The notes under the pieces: model-generated
Databases searched by the model: none
What the model was told of the DNA's origin: nothing
The model's input: the letters and a program-made list of their open reading frames with translations, nothing else
Source: a virus
Taxonomy: Duplodnaviria; Caudoviricetes
Length of the DNA stretch: 50,475 nucleotides
IMG/VR virus record: IMGVR_UViG_3300049791_000009
Span: 1-50,475 of that record
Reading direction: 5' to 3' (one strand)
Translations under genes and position numbers: made by a program
Shown: positions 47,434 through 50,475 of the stretch, in pieces
Layout: every line of letters begins with the position of its first letter
Numbering within the stretch: the stretch's first letter is position 1

Positions 47434-47558
47434 ACACCACCGTAGTCAATACGACAGTAGGGGCCATGATCACCAAAGCATAGGAAGGGCTCAAAGTCAT
47501 ATGCACGTTCAATGCAAATGAACAACACAAGCCCCTCAGTGTATACGGGAGTGATCAT
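47430..47558 (-). CDS. Hypothetical protein, 42 aa
   Basis: MITPVYTEGLVLFICIE...DYGGV; AGGA RBS. Confidence 0.55.
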   Translation of the reverse strand: MITPVYTEGLVLFICIERAYDFEPFLCFGDHGPYCRIDYGGV

Positions 47559-47568
47559 GGCGTTAGTC

Positions 47569-47766
47569 CTATTTAAAACTAATCTTTACAACCGGCAGTA
47601 GGGTTGATCCATCTTCGCCACGCTCAACCCAGCTTATCTCTACACTGGATAAAATAGAGGCGTCTTGGTGGCGTAGGAAAGTGTCAGCCGTGCTAAGTAA
47701 CAAGGCTAGCTTATCCGTGCTTTTACTTTTAGACGGAGGGAGTACCGCCCCAACATCACTAGACAT
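47569..47766 (-). CDS. Hypothetical protein
   Basis: 65 aa, GAGGA/AGGA RBS. Confidence 0.65.
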   Translation of the reverse strand: MSSDVGAVLPPSKSKSTDKLALLLSTADTFLRHQDASILSSVEISWVERGEDGSTLLPVVKISFK

Positions 47767-47802
47767 AGTCCTATCCTCGGTTGTTGAACTCTACGAGTTC
47801 AC

Positions 47803-48360
47803 TTATGCGGCGTCTGCCACGTCCTCAACAACTTCTTCTTCGCCTATGATAGCGTCGAAGTTACACAGCTTGAGTACAGCACGAATGGTTGCATCGTTCA
47901 CTTCAAACTTAACCTTTGCCTGATCTTCGGCAGTAAGGCCCACCACTTTGTCAGCAATGGCAGCGTGGTCTTTGATAACCTTCTGCAAGGCAGCTTCTAG
48001 GTCAAAGCCTTTGAATGGTGAGGCAGCTTTCAACTCCCACCACATGCCAGCTTTAGCCTTCTCGAAGTTAGTCTCGATGAACTCCTTGCCACTCCAGCCA
48101 ATGAAGCCAGTGTCGTCAACCTTGAGCCCACCATAGAGCTTGAACCACTCAACCAATGCTTTGCCATTGATAGTGTTACCAAGGGCTGTCACAAGCTTGC
48201 CAGCATAGGTCCAGTCACCATGATCGAAGGCATGTTTGATGGTGGCTACAGCTGCCACCTGTACGCTTACACGAGCGCTGTGAATAGACTTAACAGCGGA
48301 CGCATGAATCTTTTCCAAGCCAGCTGCGTCTTTAGCAAATATGTATTTAATGGCTTTCAT
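47803..48360 (-). CDS. Early phage protein of unknown function
   Basis: 185 aa, GGAG RBS, strong codon bias, HGDWT...KALVEWF motif, acidic tail. Confidence 0.85.
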   Translation of the reverse strand: MKAIKYIFAKDAAGLEKIHASAVKSIHSARVSVQVAAVATIKHAFDHGDWTYAGKLVTALGNTINGKALVEWFKLYGGLKVDDTGFIGWSGKEFIETNFEKAKAGMWWELKAASPFKGFDLEAALQKVIKDHAAIADKVVGLTAEDQAKVKFEVNDATIRAVLKLCNFDAIIGEEEVVEDVADAA

Positions 48361-48381
48361 GTCGGTAACTCCAAAAGTTAA

Positions 48382-48416
48382 TTTCTAGTGTGAACTAGGT
48401 TGGTCAGCATTGCTTA
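48382..48416 (-). promoter_or_regulatory. Conserved middle-type motif, copy 1
   Basis: TAAGCAATGCT-N15-CACTAGAAA. Confidence 0.7.
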
Positions 48417-48483
48417 TCTTGAGAAGAGCCAGAAGCCATACCAAAAGAGTAGTAAGGCAGCAATACGCTCTATGTACCATAGG

Positions 48484-48705
48484 CTATCCATTAGCTGTGA
48501 TGCCCTTACCAGTTGGCTTATACCACTCTTTCAAGTTAGAACGACCAACACGATACACCTTGTCGTTCATTTTCTTGAGGGCCTTACGTGCCTCTACAGT
48601 GTTCTCTGACTTGAGTGTCAGCACCCGCTGCTCTCGCATTACAAGCCTAGAGGCTTTGGGCCTTGAGTCAGTTAGGTTGATGCGTGGTTTCTTTAGGAAG
48701 CTCAT
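48484..48705 (-). CDS. Basic hypothetical protein
   Basis: Start at MSFLKKP immediately after the upstream stop; K/R-rich. Confidence 0.65.
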   Translation of the reverse strand: MSFLKKPRINLTDSRPKASRLVMREQRVLTLKSENTVEARKALKKMNDKVYRVGRSNLKEWYKPTGKGITANG

Positions 48706-48706
48706 G

Positions 48707-48880
48707 TTAGTAGCCCGCCCATTCACGCAGTGCTTGAAAATCAGTGAACGGCACTACTTTGTTTGTTACTACGTTGTTGGTGTCAACATTGATCACATAG
48801 TCAATCACATACACCGTGTTGCCGTTGCTGTGACTGTACCAATCATGAAGGGACGCCCATTTGATTTGTTGGTTGTTCAT
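48707..48880 (-). CDS. Early hypothetical protein, 57 aa
   Basis: MNNQQIKWASLHDWY...FTDFQALREWAGY; GGGAG RBS. Confidence 0.8.
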   Translation of the reverse strand: MNNQQIKWASLHDWYSHSNGNTVYVIDYVINVDTNNVVTNKVVPFTDFQALREWAGY

Positions 48881-48895
48881 GTTTGTTCTCCCGTT

Positions 48896-48976
48896 GGTTT
48901 ACTTAAGCTATCTGCTAGTCACGTTGGCGTAACACTACGCTACTATGAATTGAGCTACAGATAGCTTAAGTAAACC
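48896..48976. repeat. Perfect 19-bp inverted repeat (possible RNase III processing stem)
   Basis: GGTTTACTTAAGCTATCTG (48896-48914) pairs with CAGATAGCTTAAGTAAACC (48958-48976). Confidence 0.8.
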
Positions 48977-49316
48977 TTTCGGTTTACTCCCAGGACCAAC
49001 ACAACGTGTGTTGACGACTGAGGTCAGTAGCTCTCTAGATCACCAGCTTGTCAGGCTGTCTCACTAGTCGGCATTATGGGCAATGACAGGCCCCGTGCTT
49101 AACTACCCCAAGCAATCGATATGGGGCTACCTTCTTCGCTGGTAGCATAGCGGGCTGGTCTACAATCCATCAGCGCGGACTACTTAGCTTTCTCGGGCTA
49201 GACTACACACATTTAAGGTTCGCCTTGGCCGTACACTTTACTTTGTAGCGCCCCCTAGTGGGACATACAGTTGGCTAGAATCAGCTGAGCCCGTTTGCTC
49301 GTTGTTTGTTTCAGTG
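48969..49316 (-). ncRNA. Candidate structured non-coding RNA / early leader
   Basis: No ORF of 60 aa or more, downstream of a sigma70 promoter, many hairpins and one long-range helix. Confidence 0.5.
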
Positions 49317-49321
49317 AGGCT

Positions 49322-49351
49322 ATTAGAACATGGCTCGGTGTAGCTTGTCAA
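49322..49351 (-). promoter_or_regulatory. sigma70-type early promoter P3
   Basis: TTGACA-N18-TCTAAT with an extended -10 TG and an A-rich upstream tract. Confidence 0.65.
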
Positions 49352-49511
49352 ACTTATTTTCTACTGTGAACCTGGCTTGCTGGTATTGCATTGCGCTAGA
49401 GCCAGTGCTCCAGCTACGCCGGCAGGAAATCCCTCACTAGGCGAACCTAGATGAAGCCCTTGCTAGCTAAGCCCTCGATCCAAGATCTTGTTAGCTTTAG
49501 TAAGAGCCTTC

Positions 49512-49540
49512 AATATACCGAAGACGCTTAGTAAAGTCAA
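49512..49540 (-). promoter_or_regulatory. sigma70-type early promoter P2
   Basis: TTGACT-N17-TATATT. Confidence 0.8.
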
Positions 49541-49545
49541 CAACT

Positions 49546-49743
49546 TTAGTAACCAGCGGCTAGCTTTCCTTCTGGCCCTGCTACACAGATTGGTCCAGCG
49601 TCAAAGGATTGTGTGCCGATCACCGAGCATTCACACTCAGGATAGTCAGCTTGAGCACGCTCAAGCCAGGCTTGTACATCCGCGCCGGTCGGGATGTTAC
49701 GTACAGCTGAGCCCGAGCCCATCTTAATCTCGATAGCTGCCAT
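49546..49743 (-). CDS. First early protein, 65 aa
   Basis: AAGGAGGT RBS before MAAIEIKMG; start reassigned from 49956. Confidence 0.75.
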   Translation of the reverse strand: MAAIEIKMGSGSAVRNIPTGADVQAWLERAQADYPECECSVIGTQSFDAGPICVAGPEGKLAAGY

Positions 49744-49785
49744 GATGCACCTCCTTGCTTGTGTGTTTGTTGTTTCAGTAGGCGA

Positions 49786-49814
49786 ACTATAGGTCACCGC
49801 CCCCTGGTTAGCAA
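49786..49814 (-). promoter_or_regulatory. sigma70-type early promoter P1
   Basis: TTGCTA-N17-TATAGT. Confidence 0.7.
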
Positions 49815-49936
49815 TGACCATTCGTCGGGTTCTCGGTTGATGTTCAGCCCCCATCACCAGGCACAACAACCTGGCTAACCTTGGCTTGGTGCAATGGTTA
49901 ATGAACCGGGCATGCATGAGCCATATACCTACACGT

Positions 49937-49952
49937 AGCAATAAGCGTGCCA
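49937..49952 (-). promoter_or_regulatory. sigma54 (-24/-12) consensus site
   Basis: TGGCACG-CTTA-TTGCT. Confidence 0.6.
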
Positions 49953-50328
49953 ACAAACGAACTCGTACACAGTAGGATGTCTCATACGCTACGCGTACTC
50001 GTACATCGTACGTTTAGTATACCTATACACACCGACCCCAGGTCGGACGCTCATAAGCAAGGTCAAGGGCAACAACACGAGAGCTCGTGACCGAAGGGAG
50101 TGTATATAGAACATGGGCTAGGCCCTGTAAACAGGGACGTCTAGCCTAGATACACACCTGGGCAACTAGTTAGTTACTCCCTCATGTAATGTGAACAACT
50201 AACGATAGGGTCAATGCAACTAACCAGGCAACTAGCCCCCTCATGTTAGTCCACCTACCTACCACTTGGTAGCCAATGAAGAACGCTCGTTCTCCTTGCT
50301 ATGTTTACATGTATATACAACCAACTAA

Positions 50329-50357
50329 GGGGCCGGGGCAGGGGGTTAGGGGAGGGG
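50329..50357 (+). other. G-quadruplex-forming tract
   Basis: GGGG-CC-GGGG-CA-GGGGG-TTA-GGGG-A-GGGG. Confidence 0.7.
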
Positions 50358-50475
50358 TGAGTATACTTGCATTGTCCCTCTAGAATTTCTACACAGAATG
50401 ACAAGGGATGGAAAGTTGGTCCGTTGAAGTTCCTCTCGTACATTTTAAGTTATATCTAAGGAAACGTAAGAATGA
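50349..50475. repeat. Exact duplicate of 1-127
   Basis: Direct comparison of the two ends. Confidence 0.9.

Noticed and set aside
48900-49500. tRNA genes or a CRISPR mini-array in the early non-coding region
   Set aside because: No cloverleaf with a T-loop GTTCRA, and no regularly spaced direct repeats
49744-49956. Upstream extension of the 136-aa ORF, and ORFs 48410-48964(+), 50255-50443(-), 41-235(-)
   Set aside because: They span promoters or run antisense to better-supported genes, and lack an RBS
50349-50475. 127-bp end repeat as the biological direct terminal repeat
   Set aside because: The length equals a standard assembler k-mer and the repeat ends inside the first codons of a gene; best read as a circular overlap

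Overview
A complete, circularly assembled ~50.35 kb lytic podovirus genome; positions 50349-50475 duplicate 1-127, most likely an assembler overlap. It has two convergent arms. The + arm (124-25172) carries the late genes: two tailspike modules, terminase, portal, scaffold, capsid, Ig-domain decoration protein, tail tube, three ejection proteins and a lysis cassette. The - arm (49743 down to 25236) carries small early genes, an amidoligase/glutamine-amidotransferase/ATP-grasp cluster, T7-type primase-helicase, an ECF-type sigma factor, an HNH-split family A DNA polymerase, a probable SSB, exonuclease, PhoH and a class II RNR. No RNA polymerase, integrase, tRNA or CRISPR array was seen. Gene content resembles Zobellviridae/PA11-like and phiEco32/PaP3-like phages, and a Pseudomonas-type host is plausible; both are inferences, not database results. 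Main observations: a six/seven-gene peptide-ligase system whose Ntn amidotransferase appears to start at an ATC codon; a GNAT-like domain inside the 1739-aa ejection protein; two phage-specific promoter-like motifs plus a consensus sigma54 site; a long structured non-coding early leader; an apparently intron-less split of the polymerase; a G-quadruplex-forming tract near the probable genome end; and many unannotated micro-ORFs.
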